This document shows, in pieces, positions 21,879 through 31,291 of a stretch of DNA of 64,000 nt (within the stretch, counting starts at the first letter, position 1; every line of letters starts with the position of its first letter). This DNA comes from Patescibacteria group bacterium. Lineage in GTDB: Bacteria > Patescibacteriota > Patescibacteriia > Magasanikbacterales > JBBTQS01. The translations under genes and the position numbers were made by a program. A model generated the notes under the pieces. That model was not told the DNA's origin, did no database searches, and worked only from the letters and a program-made list of their open reading frames with translations. Where the stretch lies: assembly GCA_038065555.1 (NCBI GenBank), contig JBBTQS010000001.1:192741-256740 (forward strand), written 5' to 3'.

Positions 21879-23027
21879 CTACAGGTCGATCTTGACCAGG
21901 TAGCCGCCGTTGTTGGAGTTGAAGACAGTGGAACTGAGGACGTTACCGTACGAATCGGTGAACCGCAGGGTCACGTCGTCGGCACCGGACGGCTTCTCCG
22001 GATACCAGACCGTTCGGTTACCCACGGCCACGACACTGCCGATCAGGAACCCATCATTCGTGCGAGCACCAGTCGGCACAGTGAGCTGAAACTTGATCAC
22101 GCGACGGTTCCAAGTGTTCTCAGAGTACCACGCCGACGCGTAGAAGTAGGTCCAGCTACGGTTGAAGCCGCTCTGTGCGCAGGTGGGTGTTGCGTAGTTG
22201 CTCATCCCGCCCCAGCTACAGAACTGCCCGTAGAAGTCAGCGCCCGAGAGATTGAACGAGGGTGCGGTGATCACCTCGACGTTCACGATCGCCACTGGGT
22301 TGCCGCTCCCTCCGCTTCCGCCGCCGTATCCTACCCAGACGCACTGATTGCTGCTGCACCCGTAGCCGCTGGCGCAATCACTGGAGGATCGGCAACAGTT
22401 GCTGATCTGCGTGTGCTGACACGAGCCGCCGGAGCTGCACCAGTCGTTGGTGCACACGTTGTTGTCCGCACACGACGCCGATGTGTTGCGGCAGTACGCT
22501 GCGCCGCCACTCACGTAGCACTCGTCCGTCGTACATCCATTGACATCGTTGCATGTGTACCGCGTTCCCTTGCAGACCCCGTTGCTCTGGTAGGTGTCGT
22601 TGTACGTGCACAGGTCCTGGTCGTTGCACGAGCCTGAGTACAGGTCCGTGCATGTGCCTGCGTAGCATCGCCGGTTCGCGCCGCACTGCGAGTCGTACAT
22701 GCAGCCGTCGTCAGACCCGGAGCACGTGAAGTCGATCGTGACGTTGCCCTTACAGCGGCCGTACGCGCACCACGACGACTCGAGGCTGACGCAGTTTGCC
22801 GAAAGGTCGGACTCATAGAGCCAGGCGTTGAACTCAGAGTACCCGCACTGACTACTCGAGTTGCAGGTCCCGAGCTCTGCCTCAATGACCCCCGTGCGCC
22901 CGCTCTCAGGAGCCGGGAGCGAAGCGATCTCCTGAGGAAGTGACGTGAACCCACCCGTCGCCATCGGATCTGTCCCGCATGCCACCATGGCTGCTGCGGC
23001 GCAGATCGCGAACATCAATTTTCTCAT
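21879..23027 (-). CDS. Cys-rich repeat lipoprotein
   Basis: SD AAGGAG; MRKLMFAICAAAAMVAC lipobox; CNDQDLCT, CNDVNGCT, CADNNVCT repeats; Gly linker; beta-rich C-terminal domain. Confidence 0.85.
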   Translation of the reverse strand: MRKLMFAICAAAAMVACGTDPMATGGFTSLPQEIASLPAPESGRTGVIEAELGTCNSSSQCGYSEFNAWLYESDLSANCVSLESSWCAYGRCKGNVTIDFTCSGSDDGCMYDSQCGANRRCYAGTCTDLYSGSCNDQDLCTYNDTYQSNGVCKGTRYTCNDVNGCTTDECYVSGGAAYCRNTSASCADNNVCTNDWCSSGGSCQHTQISNCCRSSSDCASGYGCSSNQCVWVGYGGGSGGSGNPVAIVNVEVITAPSFNLSGADFYGQFCSWGGMSNYATPTCAQSGFNRSWTYFYASAWYSENTWNRRVIKFQLTVPTGARTNDGFLIGSVVAVGNRTVWYPEKPSGADDVTLRFTDSYGNVLSSTVFNSNNGGYLVKIDL

Positions 23028-23175
23028 CGAACTCTCCTTGCTTGCGTTGCACCGCAACGCGCAAAACGACCAAGATTGCTCTCTTGGAAGTCCTGTGGGA
23101 TTTAAGCACGTTTTGTAGTTTTTGTCAATAGAAAAAGCCTGCACATGGCAGGCTTTCCCTTATTTAACCGTGATA

Positions 23176-23760
23176 TTAGAACGGGAGCGAGAGGTTGACG
23201 TTCACCGGAGTTGTTGATGCCGCAGGCATTTCGAAGTTCACGGGGAATGGTCGCAGCTGTCCTGTGAGAATGTCGTTGTAGAACAACTGCTTGTTCTTCT
23301 TGCCGAATTCGTACACGTCTCGTGTGATCTTCACATCATCCATGCAGTACTTGATCAGATCGTCCCAATTTCCTTCCTTGAACCACTGTACTGCTTGCAA
23401 TCCTTCGCCACTCTTCTCGATTTTGAGCGTCGCCTTTGCTACGTCGTTGAGCTTGAGTCGTGTGCCGAGATTCTTCTTGATCTCCACGAGCATGTCGAGT
23501 TGTGGGAGCTTGAGCAAGTCGCCCGCATAGTAGTTGTTGAGCACTGGGATGTCGAAGAAGATCGAGTTGTACCCAATGATGCGATCTGCCTGCTCAAGGA
23601 GCGGCCACATATTCTTCAACTCATCTTCACGAAATGACTGGAACGTGTCTGTCGCATAGTCATACAAACAGACAACAGAGACCTTGAGGCCTCTGATGTC
23701 ATTGTTGACGTCTGCGAAAATGTTTTGGGTTTCGATGTCAAGAACAATTTCACGGGACAT
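23176..23760 (-). CDS. RNase H-like/DEDD exonuclease domain protein (YprB-like)
   Basis: LDIET, IGYNSIFFDIP, YCMDDV; SD AGGAGG. Confidence 0.85.
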   Translation of the reverse strand: MSREIVLDIETQNIFADVNNDIRGLKVSVVCLYDYATDTFQSFREDELKNMWPLLEQADRIIGYNSIFFDIPVLNNYYAGDLLKLPQLDMLVEIKKNLGTRLKLNDVAKATLKIEKSGEGLQAVQWFKEGNWDDLIKYCMDDVKITRDVYEFGKKNKQLFYNDILTGQLRPFPVNFEMPAASTTPVNVNLSLPF

Positions 23761-23776
23761 ACCTCCTTTGGATTGA

Positions 23777-24373
23777 TTACTTACCGAGTGTTCCTGAACC
23801 TGGCTCCCATTCAATAGGGCAGAGTTCACCGGTTTGCAATGCTTCGAGAACGCGCAAGGTCTCCTTCACCGAGCGACCGACGTTGTTGTCAGAAACAACC
23901 ATGTACTTGAGCTCACCATCTGGATCAACAATGAATGTTCCGCGAAGTGCGATACCTTTGTCTTCCAGAAGCACTCCGTAGCTGCGTGCAACGCGATGCG
24001 CGGTGTCAGCAAGCACAGGGAACTTCACACCAGGGAGATCACGCTCGAACCATGCTTTGTGGCTGTGCTCAGAGTCTGTGGATGCACCAACGATCACTGC
24101 ATTCTTTGCATTGAACTCAGCTTCGTGTGATGCGAACCCCTTGATCTCTGTTGGACACACGAATGTGAAATCCAATGGGTAGAAGAAGAGCACTACCCAC
24201 TTGCCTGCATAATCTGCAAGGCGAACGCGCTTGAATTCACCTGCAACATACGCCATCTCATCGAAATGTGGCGCTGGGTGACCCACCTGCAACGGTGATC
24301 CTGCTCCGCCCATTTCTTCGAAAAGTCCTTCATCTTCACCGCATCCGCCGCCGTTTTCTTTACAACATGACAT
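23777..24373 (-). CDS. ahpC: 2-Cys peroxiredoxin (AhpC/TSA)
   Basis: FFYPLDFTFVCPTEI, GELCPIEW. Confidence 0.93.
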   Translation of the reverse strand: MSCCKENGGGCGEDEGLFEEMGGAGSPLQVGHPAPHFDEMAYVAGEFKRVRLADYAGKWVVLFFYPLDFTFVCPTEIKGFASHEAEFNAKNAVIVGASTDSEHSHKAWFERDLPGVKFPVLADTAHRVARSYGVLLEDKGIALRGTFIVDPDGELKYMVVSDNNVGRSVKETLRVLEALQTGELCPIEWEPGSGTLGK

Positions 24374-24392
24374 AGCCTAAATCATTACAGAA

Positions 24393-25004
24393 TTACAATG
24401 TGCACTTGCGTGCCTTCTCATAGTACTCGTTCGCTACGCTCCAATCAAGGTTCTTGAAGAAATCATCAATGTACGCGCCACGATTCGCTCCATAATCCAT
24501 GAAATACGCATGCTCATAGACATCAAGGACGATGAGTGGAATACAGCCCCAGACACCACCCTGATTGTGCGCGTCTGCGGTATAGACCTTCACCGTCTGT
24601 GCGCGCATATCCCAGCACAGCACCGCCCAGCCACGCGCAGCCATGCCGCACGCCTTGAAATAGCCATAGAAATTCTCGAGTGATCCCATTTTTTCCACCA
24701 GCGCGTCAACGAGCGTCCCTGTTGGCTCCCCAGAACCACCAAGAACGGAGAAATACCATTCGTGGAGGTACACACCATTACGCGCAAATGTCTCGCCTTC
24801 CTTGAGTCCGCGAATGTGGCTGTAGCTCTGATTGGGCGCATCGAAGTTCGCCTGATTCATGCAGAACTCGTTGAGCTTCTGCGAAATCTCGTTGGCTTTC
24901 TTCACGTACCCTTGATAGAGCGTGTCTTGATGGATCTGAAGTGTCTTTTCGGAAATGCCTGTAAGAGGCTTTTCCCATGTGTATTTGCGGGGTTCGATGG
25001 CCAT
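24393..25004 (-). CDS. Fe/Mn superoxide dismutase family protein
   Basis: LDVYEHAYFMDY, LHEWYF; start MAIEPRK. Confidence 0.88.
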   Translation of the reverse strand: MAIEPRKYTWEKPLTGISEKTLQIHQDTLYQGYVKKANEISQKLNEFCMNQANFDAPNQSYSHIRGLKEGETFARNGVYLHEWYFSVLGGSGEPTGTLVDALVEKMGSLENFYGYFKACGMAARGWAVLCWDMRAQTVKVYTADAHNQGGVWGCIPLIVLDVYEHAYFMDYGANRGAYIDDFFKNLDWSVANEYYEKARKCTL

Positions 25005-25008
25005 AGTG

Positions 25009-25902
25009 TTATGCGAAAAACTGAGTGAAGAATGCTGCGGGAGACTGAGCGCCGCGTAGCACACCCACTATACCAGACAACAGTGGGTAGCGCGCAATCG
25101 CCTCGTCGCCCCCAAGAAGAACAACCAGGGACTGGTATGATGCTGCACCTTCAGCAGTCGCGAGCGCTTCTGGGGCCTGAACAAATTGCATCCCATAGGT
25201 GAAGTTGCGCGAATACGTGCCTGCAGACGTTGCTACAAAATCTCCAATGCCTGCAATGCCATACACCGTCTCACGTTTGCCACCAAGCGCCTCACACTGC
25301 GCCGCCATTTCGCCAATCGCAGTTGCAACACAGGTGCCGCGTGCGTTGTCGCCCAGCTCAAGCGCAACAAGCATACCGATCCCAATCGTGTACACATTCT
25401 TGAGTACACCACAGAGCACCACACCGCGCACATCATCTGTTGTGGTGGTGCGTAGTCCTGTTTGTGCAAAGAGTGCTTGTACGCGAGCGAGCGCTGCTGC
25501 ATCAGTGGACGCGAGCACTGCGCCTGCTGGTTTGCTCTCCATCAATTCTTCAGCAAGCATCGGTCCAGAGAGAAATACCACCGGCATTTGATCTCCGATA
25601 CTCTCTGCACAGATCACATCTGTTGTTGCGTGCGTGTCACGCTCAACGCCTTTTGCGATTGAGATGAAAATCGCGTGGGGCGGCATATGCGGAAGTGCAC
25701 GAGTAATCGCATCTCGCAGACACCATGATGGCACTGCTGCGACAATGAATTCTGCTTGTGCAAGTGCAGATTCGAGCGTGTGCTGCACAGGCATCTTGGC
25801 CGCATCAACGTCCCACAGCGTACACGTGTGTCCAACGCGAGTAAGTACGGTTGCAAGCGCCTGTCCGAACTCCCCTGCACCCAACATGGTAATACGAGCC
25901 AT
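25009..25902 (-). CDS. gpsA: NAD(P)H-dependent glycerol-3-phosphate dehydrogenase
   Basis: LGAGEFG, KGVE, LSGP, LKNVY, GIGDFVAT...SRN. Confidence 0.9.
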   Translation of the reverse strand: MARITMLGAGEFGQALATVLTRVGHTCTLWDVDAAKMPVQHTLESALAQAEFIVAAVPSWCLRDAITRALPHMPPHAIFISIAKGVERDTHATTDVICAESIGDQMPVVFLSGPMLAEELMESKPAGAVLASTDAAALARVQALFAQTGLRTTTTDDVRGVVLCGVLKNVYTIGIGMLVALELGDNARGTCVATAIGEMAAQCEALGGKRETVYGIAGIGDFVATSAGTYSRNFTYGMQFVQAPEALATAEGAASYQSLVVLLGGDEAIARYPLLSGIVGVLRGAQSPAAFFTQFFA

Positions 25903-25986
25903 AGAAGTGATTAGTTATCCACATTGACTGAGTCAAAATATCATAGATAGTGTAGCCGCACCCCCGTACTCCTACAAGGAGAGCTC

Positions 25987-26346
25987 ATGAACTGTCCGCT
26001 ACTGATTGTACTCGTTGTCGCATCCTGCGGCTACGAGATGGCTGCCCCGACTGACATCAATTACGAGGTGCAAAATCCTGAAACAACCAATACGCACGTG
26101 TCCGAAGAGCCGCTCATTCCTACCGGACAGCTCCTTCTGCAGACACTGTGTGTGAGCGACAATCCCTGTGTAGTGGCAACGATCGACGCTGCGGCTGGAG
26201 TCTGCGAATTCCAGACCACTGATCTACAAGGCGAGGTGTTCTGTGACGACCACAACCCCTGTACTCGCGACGACATGTGCTACGAGGATTACTGTCTGGG
26301 TGAAGTGATCGAAGGGTGTGACCTCGATGATACCTATTACTACTAG
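25987..26346 (+). CDS. small Cys-rich repeat lipoprotein
   Basis: SD AAGGAG; LIVLVVASC lipobox; CVSDNPC, CDDHNPCTRDDMC. Confidence 0.8.
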   Translation: MNCPLLIVLVVASCGYEMAAPTDINYEVQNPETTNTHVSEEPLIPTGQLLLQTLCVSDNPCVVATIDAAAGVCEFQTTDLQGEVFCDDHNPCTRDDMCYEDYCLGEVIEGCDLDDTYYY

Positions 26347-26349
26347 GAG

Positions 26350-26745
26350 GTGACGATGCGACGCACATTTTGCATCGCCCATCCCATCGAACTCAGCGAA
26401 GATCCCATTCCAGTACTCATGACCGAGCCCAACTCCCCGTGTGGTGTTGTTCGGCCACTCTGGCTGTGGCCTGACCACGACGAATACTTCCTCTACCACA
26501 TCGACGACGACTCGCTCGAGCAACTCGTGCACTATATCCGCGTGCAGACACACGTGGATGAGTACGCACGCATTCTCGCGCCATACTACGACAGCATCAC
26601 CCGATTTTTGCGTGACATGCAGGTCCGCATCGATCGTGCTGCTATCATCGACGAACTCCACAAACATCCAGAGCTGATGCCAGCGCTTGCGGGAATTTTC
26701 GCAACGCGTGAGGTGCTGCGTCGCAAATCGCTGCCATCAGCATAA
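26350..26745 (+). CDS. hypothetical protein
   Basis: SD GGAGG(TG), likely start 26356; co-transcribed with upstream gene; terminator hairpin near 26756-26793. Confidence 0.7.
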   Translation: MTMRRTFCIAHPIELSEDPIPVLMTEPNSPCGVVRPLWLWPDHDEYFLYHIDDDSLEQLVHYIRVQTHVDEYARILAPYYDSITRFLRDMQVRIDRAAIIDELHKHPELMPALAGIFATREVLRRKSLPSA

Positions 26746-26794
26746 CAGCACCCGCAACACACACGACTCCTCCGAGCGTGTGTGTTCTCTTTTG

Positions 26795-28567
26795 TTAATC
26801 AATGAATCCGCCGGCTTGGAGTTGCCACAGACGTGCGTAGATTCCGCGCTTCTTGGTGATAAGTTCGTTGTGGGTCCCCTGCTCTGCTACCTGACCATTC
26901 TTGATGACCACAATGCGATCCATCTGCATGATGGTTGAGAGTCGATGCGCGATGACAATAACCGTTCGGTTCTCCATGAGCGTCTGCAATGCCTCCTGGA
27001 TATAGACTTCTGATTGTGAGTCGAGACTTGCCGTTGCTTCGTCGAGTACGAGGATCGGTGCATTCTTCACGACGGCTCGTGCTATGGCGATGCGTTGACG
27101 CTCACCTCCTGAGAGCTTCACACCACGCTCACCTACTTGTGTCTGATACTTTTGCGGAAGTCCCATGATGAATTCTTCGCAGTGTGCGATGCGCGCTGCT
27201 GTCTTTGCTTGTGCAATGGTGGCGTCCTCGCGTCCGTATCGAATATTCTCGAGCACAGATCGATGGAAGAGAACAGGATCCTGCGGAACGAGCGCAATGT
27301 GTCTGCGCACGCTGTCCTGCGTTACGGTGGTGATATCTGTTCCGTCGATGCTAATGGTGCCTTTTTGTACATCGTAGAGGCGCAGAAGTAACTTGAGAAG
27401 CGTACTCTTGCCGGCGCCAGATGGTCCGACGATTGCTACGCGTTCGCCAGGTTTGATCGAGAGCGAGAATGCATCGAGAATCTTGCGTCGTTTGCGACCT
27501 TTCGGCTGATACGAGAACGTGACATTGCGCAATTCGACGCCACCGCCGCGTACTTCGAGCTGGCCAGCGCGTGCTGCGTCTTTGACTTCAAGCGGTTCTG
27601 TGAGCACTTCTACCATTTCTTTTGCATCTGCAAACGACTCGTAGACTTTTTCTATCACGCGTCCGAAGTCATACATGTGATAGAACATTTCGAATACGTA
27701 GGTCTGGATGAGCACAAAGTCACCGATGCTCAGGAGCCCCTGTGACCAGTACGTAACGCCGAAGTAGATCACTGCGAACTCCAGAAGTACCGAGAGCGTG
27801 TTGCGAACAATATCTGCAAATGTGTCGAGATCCAGCGTGAGCTTGCGAAGACGGAAATAGCGCTCGACCATGGCCGTGAATCCAGAGCGCTCGTGCCGAT
27901 AGCCATTGAAGAGCTTGATCGTTGCATTGTTGGTGATTGTATCTGCGAGATACCCCGTGGTCTTGGATTCTACTTCTGCGCGATCAATCTCGTACTGCTG
28001 CTTCCACATGGAGAATCCGTACTGCGCCGTAATGAATACGACCAACCAAACGAGCATCGCGTACCCGATCGCCGGATTCACGAAGAACAACACAATGAGC
28101 GTGAATGTAATACGCAACGCGAGGCGCAGCACATCCCAGATAGCTACCTCGAACAATACTTCGAACCCTCGAGTGAATCGTCGCAATCGAGTAACGAGTG
28201 ATCCAACAAAATTTGTTGCAAAAAAGCGATGTGAGTGGAGATGAATGCGAGCAAATCCCATGAGCAGCAGATTCGCACTCATGCGCGAGCTCAAATAATT
28301 ATCAAATAATGCCGCTCCACGGTTGAAGAGCATGCTCACTGCATTCCAGACTGCGATGATTATTACGAGCGTTGTCAACGAATCAAGCGCAGCAGCACGG
28401 TCGTCAGCACTGGCAAGAATATCAAACACCTGTTTGTACAGATACGGAACGTACAGTTCGGCACACACGGACGCGAGAATACACAACAAGAGGAGCGCCA
28501 CCAGGAATCCATGGCGGCGCACCTCTCCCCAATACAATGAAATGGTTTGTGTTGTAATTCTTCGCAT
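26795..28567 (-). CDS. ABC exporter, fused permease/ATPase
   Basis: 6-TM N-half; GPSGAGKS, LSGGERQR, LDEAT, AHRL. Confidence 0.95.
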   Translation of the reverse strand: MRRITTQTISLYWGEVRRHGFLVALLLLCILASVCAELYVPYLYKQVFDILASADDRAAALDSLTTLVIIIAVWNAVSMLFNRGAALFDNYLSSRMSANLLLMGFARIHLHSHRFFATNFVGSLVTRLRRFTRGFEVLFEVAIWDVLRLALRITFTLIVLFFVNPAIGYAMLVWLVVFITAQYGFSMWKQQYEIDRAEVESKTTGYLADTITNNATIKLFNGYRHERSGFTAMVERYFRLRKLTLDLDTFADIVRNTLSVLLEFAVIYFGVTYWSQGLLSIGDFVLIQTYVFEMFYHMYDFGRVIEKVYESFADAKEMVEVLTEPLEVKDAARAGQLEVRGGGVELRNVTFSYQPKGRKRRKILDAFSLSIKPGERVAIVGPSGAGKSTLLKLLLRLYDVQKGTISIDGTDITTVTQDSVRRHIALVPQDPVLFHRSVLENIRYGREDATIAQAKTAARIAHCEEFIMGLPQKYQTQVGERGVKLSGGERQRIAIARAVVKNAPILVLDEATASLDSQSEVYIQEALQTLMENRTVIVIAHRLSTIMQMDRIVVIKNGQVAEQGTHNELITKKRGIYARLWQLQAGGFID

Positions 28568-28611
28568 AGCGTAAGGAACGAGACAAGATCAGCACCGAGG
28601 CACGATCGTGA

Positions 28612-29409
28612 TTAGCGAATGGAGTAGCGAAGGGTTACAAAGACTTGAATCTCTTGGCTACCAGCTTCGATCACTGGTGCTGGAGCACCTTCTTGCTTTG
28701 CGTCAGCTGACACCGCATTCATTGTTCGTACTCCGCCACCATATCCCATTTCTGGATATGCAGCTGGCATTGGTGATGCACCTTCGTCAATGGAAATCAG
28801 TTTGCCAATGCGAACGTCTCCTGCTTTTGCGATTGACTTTGCTTTTTCGCGAGCCTTGCTAATGGCTTCGATGCGAGCCTGATTGCGGATGGTCTCTAGA
28901 TCGTCCACGGTGAATGTGAGTTGGCTCACATCATTTGCTCCACGCTCGACAACACCCGCGAGAATATCGCTTGCTGCCGCGAAGTCACGCACCTTCACTG
29001 TCACACGCTGCGTCACGGTGTATCCAACGATCTCTGGTGGAGGGCACACTCCTGCAGCACAGCTTGAGTACTGGTAGCGTGGCTCTACTTGGTACTGTGC
29101 AGTTGTAATATCTTTTGCGTCGACATTTTTGCTCTTCACGAAGGAGATCGCTTCGTTTACTTTTTGTGTATTCTGCTTTTGCAATGTTGCGAGATCGCGA
29201 CCTCCTTGGGTTGTGACACCAAAGGTGAACTGCGCGACATTTGGCACGACAACTACTTTGCTCTCCCCTTGCACCGTGAAGCTACGCGCTGTTGCTGGAT
29301 CGCTCGCGCGCGAATAGGCGCTGCTCATGCGCAGCAAGCCAGCAGTTCCTGCAAGACACAGGACAATCAGCATGACTCCGAGGATATTCTTGATCGTTGG
29401 ATGCATCAT
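28612..29409 (-). CDS. SIMPL (DUF541) domain protein
   Basis: VQGESKV..VP..AQFTFGV, GAN, AREKA...IA, AGSQEI. Confidence 0.9.
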   Translation of the reverse strand: MMHPTIKNILGVMLIVLCLAGTAGLLRMSSAYSRASDPATARSFTVQGESKVVVVPNVAQFTFGVTTQGGRDLATLQKQNTQKVNEAISFVKSKNVDAKDITTAQYQVEPRYQYSSCAAGVCPPPEIVGYTVTQRVTVKVRDFAAASDILAGVVERGANDVSQLTFTVDDLETIRNQARIEAISKAREKAKSIAKAGDVRIGKLISIDEGASPMPAAYPEMGYGGGVRTMNAVSADAKQEGAPAPVIEAGSQEIQVFVTLRYSIR

Positions 29410-29500
29410 ATTTTGGATTAAATATGAACCAAGTATAGCACAATAATAAGCAACGCGCCCACAGGGTTCTGTAGGCGCGCACTCGAAGGCGGCGGACGGA

Positions 29501-29671
29501 TCACATGCTCGGCTGGAGCATCATGTTGATGTCATGAGGCGTCGCGTCGCCGGGAACGTAGACCGTTCCGTATCCGTGGATGAACACCGCGGTGTGGCCA
29601 GGCGGAGCGCCTGATCCAGACTTCACACCCTGCGGTTCAGGCGGAATGATCACGATTTGCTGTATTTGCAT
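29501..29671 (-). CDS. small hypothetical protein, 56 aa (not in ORF track)
   Basis: MQIQQIVIIPPEPQGVKSGSGAPPGHTAVFIHGYGTVYVPGDATPHDINMMLQPSM; SD GGAGGAG, upstream TTGACA, downstream hairpin. Confidence 0.7.
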   Translation of the reverse strand: MQIQQIVIIPPEPQGVKSGSGAPPGHTAVFIHGYGTVYVPGDATPHDINMMLQPSM

Positions 29672-29736
29672 CACGTTGCTCCTCCGAGCGGTTGGTACAT
29701 CGTATGTACCACGAATGTGGTGTCTTTGTCAACCTG

Positions 29737-30156
29737 CTACTTCCACATGCCGAGGATCAAACCAAATACAATGAACAATACGAGCTGATATCCTGCCTGA
29801 ATCAAGAATCGCGACCACGCAATCTGACGTGAGTCATTGGTCCACATGCACGCACCAGCAACGGTTGGCATAACGAACGCTGCCCAAATCCACAGAGCAT
29901 TAACCACGCCCGATGCATCTGACCACCCAGCAATGTACTGCGCAAGAACATACGCCTGGAAAAGGGTGAGCAAGAATTGGACCAGGTAGAGCGGACCTGC
30001 AGCCTTCTGCATTTTTTTGCGTGTTTCGATGTCCTGGTTCGTTGCGCCGATAATGCGCATCCACATTTTGCCAAAAAGTGGTCCGTACCAGATCGAACCA
30101 ATGATCATCGAAACCACACCACACACGAGCACTGCCCAATAATTAATTTCCAACAT
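29737..30156 (-). CDS. DUF1761 family membrane protein
   Basis: INYWAV...IGSIWYGPLFGKMWM. Confidence 0.88.
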   Translation of the reverse strand: MLEINYWAVLVCGVVSMIIGSIWYGPLFGKMWMRIIGATNQDIETRKKMQKAAGPLYLVQFLLTLFQAYVLAQYIAGWSDASGVVNALWIWAAFVMPTVAGACMWTNDSRQIAWSRFLIQAGYQLVLFIVFGLILGMWK

Positions 30157-30269
30157 AAAAATCGGTTAATAGTTACAATAGTATACGCGCCGAAGTACAG
30201 GGAGCACAAATGAAAAACGCGACCTCGTTGAGAGATCGCGTGCCGGACACACGAGCGTGTGACAGAAGT

Positions 30270-30545
30270 TCATGCACTCGGCTGTGCAACATCAACGCGG
30301 GTCACCACGTCGACGACACGAACGAGTACGTCGGAGTCCGAACCTGCGTATGAAACATCCTCGGGGATCGGTTCTCCGCACGACGTACGATCATCGACAA
30401 GCACCTGGATGGCGTCTTGCCCTTGGCTGATCGCATGCGCTTCGTCGGTGCCGAAGGTGATACACTCGTCAGGGAATGCTGGCGCGCGCACATGGAAGAG
30501 CTCTTCATGAGCGTCCCACGTGAGCACTAGTGTAAATCGATGCAT
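30270..30545 (-). CDS. HicB-like antitoxin domain protein
   Basis: VRAPAFPDECITFGTDEAHAI...DAI...GEPIP; SD GGAGG. Confidence 0.75.
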   Translation of the reverse strand: MHRFTLVLTWDAHEELFHVRAPAFPDECITFGTDEAHAISQGQDAIQVLVDDRTSCGEPIPEDVSYAGSDSDVLVRVVDVVTRVDVAQPSA

Positions 30546-30568
30546 GGTTGCACCTCCTACGTGAGAAC

Positions 30569-31222
30569 CTACACTCTTGGCTGTGGAGTGTCAATCTGTG
30601 CTGCGTACCATCGCACCAGCGGCAAGCCCGCGATCGTTCCTGCTGCAACACACATGACATCAACCTGCGTATCCCATGCGATAACCGTTCGATACATACC
30701 TGAGAGACTCGTTCCAAAAAACAGATCCACGGTCAGCTCATACACTTCCCAAACCACCCCCGTTACAAGCAACCCACCAAACGTATACCAGGTTGCACGG
30801 CGCAGTGTGAGATCAAATCGAACCATCATGAGGAGCGGAAGCACCACCATGGTTACAAATGGAATGGCAAAATGCAGCACTTTGTCGTATTGAAAACCAA
30901 CACGATACAACTGATACAGCCCCAGATCACCAATCACCGAAACAAAAATAAAAAGTGTCAGCAAATATTGTGCTCGATGCACTGCGGCGTTCTTTGCATC
31001 AGCATGTATCTCAGTCTCCTCAACTGCAAATGCCCAATACAGCCAGTACACCATCGCGATACCGGCCAACGAAATCAGCCCCATGTACCGCGTGTCATAG
31101 AAAGATGGAAACCACGAAAGTGGTGAAAACGTAAGTACAACAAAGAGCGCAATCAGAAATGCGTAGAAGGCGCGAATGGTGCGCGCTCGATGGCGCTGGC
31201 CGTGCATGAGGTTCTGAGGCAT
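30569..31222 (-). CDS. hypothetical membrane protein
   Basis: Several TM helices, YDKVLHF...VWEVYE...DT motifs; promoter TTGACT-17-TATAAC at 31250-31278. Confidence 0.75.
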   Translation of the reverse strand: MPQNLMHGQRHRARTIRAFYAFLIALFVVLTFSPLSWFPSFYDTRYMGLISLAGIAMVYWLYWAFAVEETEIHADAKNAAVHRAQYLLTLFIFVSVIGDLGLYQLYRVGFQYDKVLHFAIPFVTMVVLPLLMMVRFDLTLRRATWYTFGGLLVTGVVWEVYELTVDLFFGTSLSGMYRTVIAWDTQVDVMCVAAGTIAGLPLVRWYAAQIDTPQPRV

Positions 31223-31291
31223 ACGTTGGTCAAGCAGAATCGACACTTGGTTATACCCCGAACTCAAGAATAAGTCAATGGACGCGCTGCG

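Noticed and set aside
21717-22637. 306-aa plus-strand ORF (and similar 41780-42703, 53299-54267)
   Set aside because: Antisense shadows of better-supported minus-strand genes
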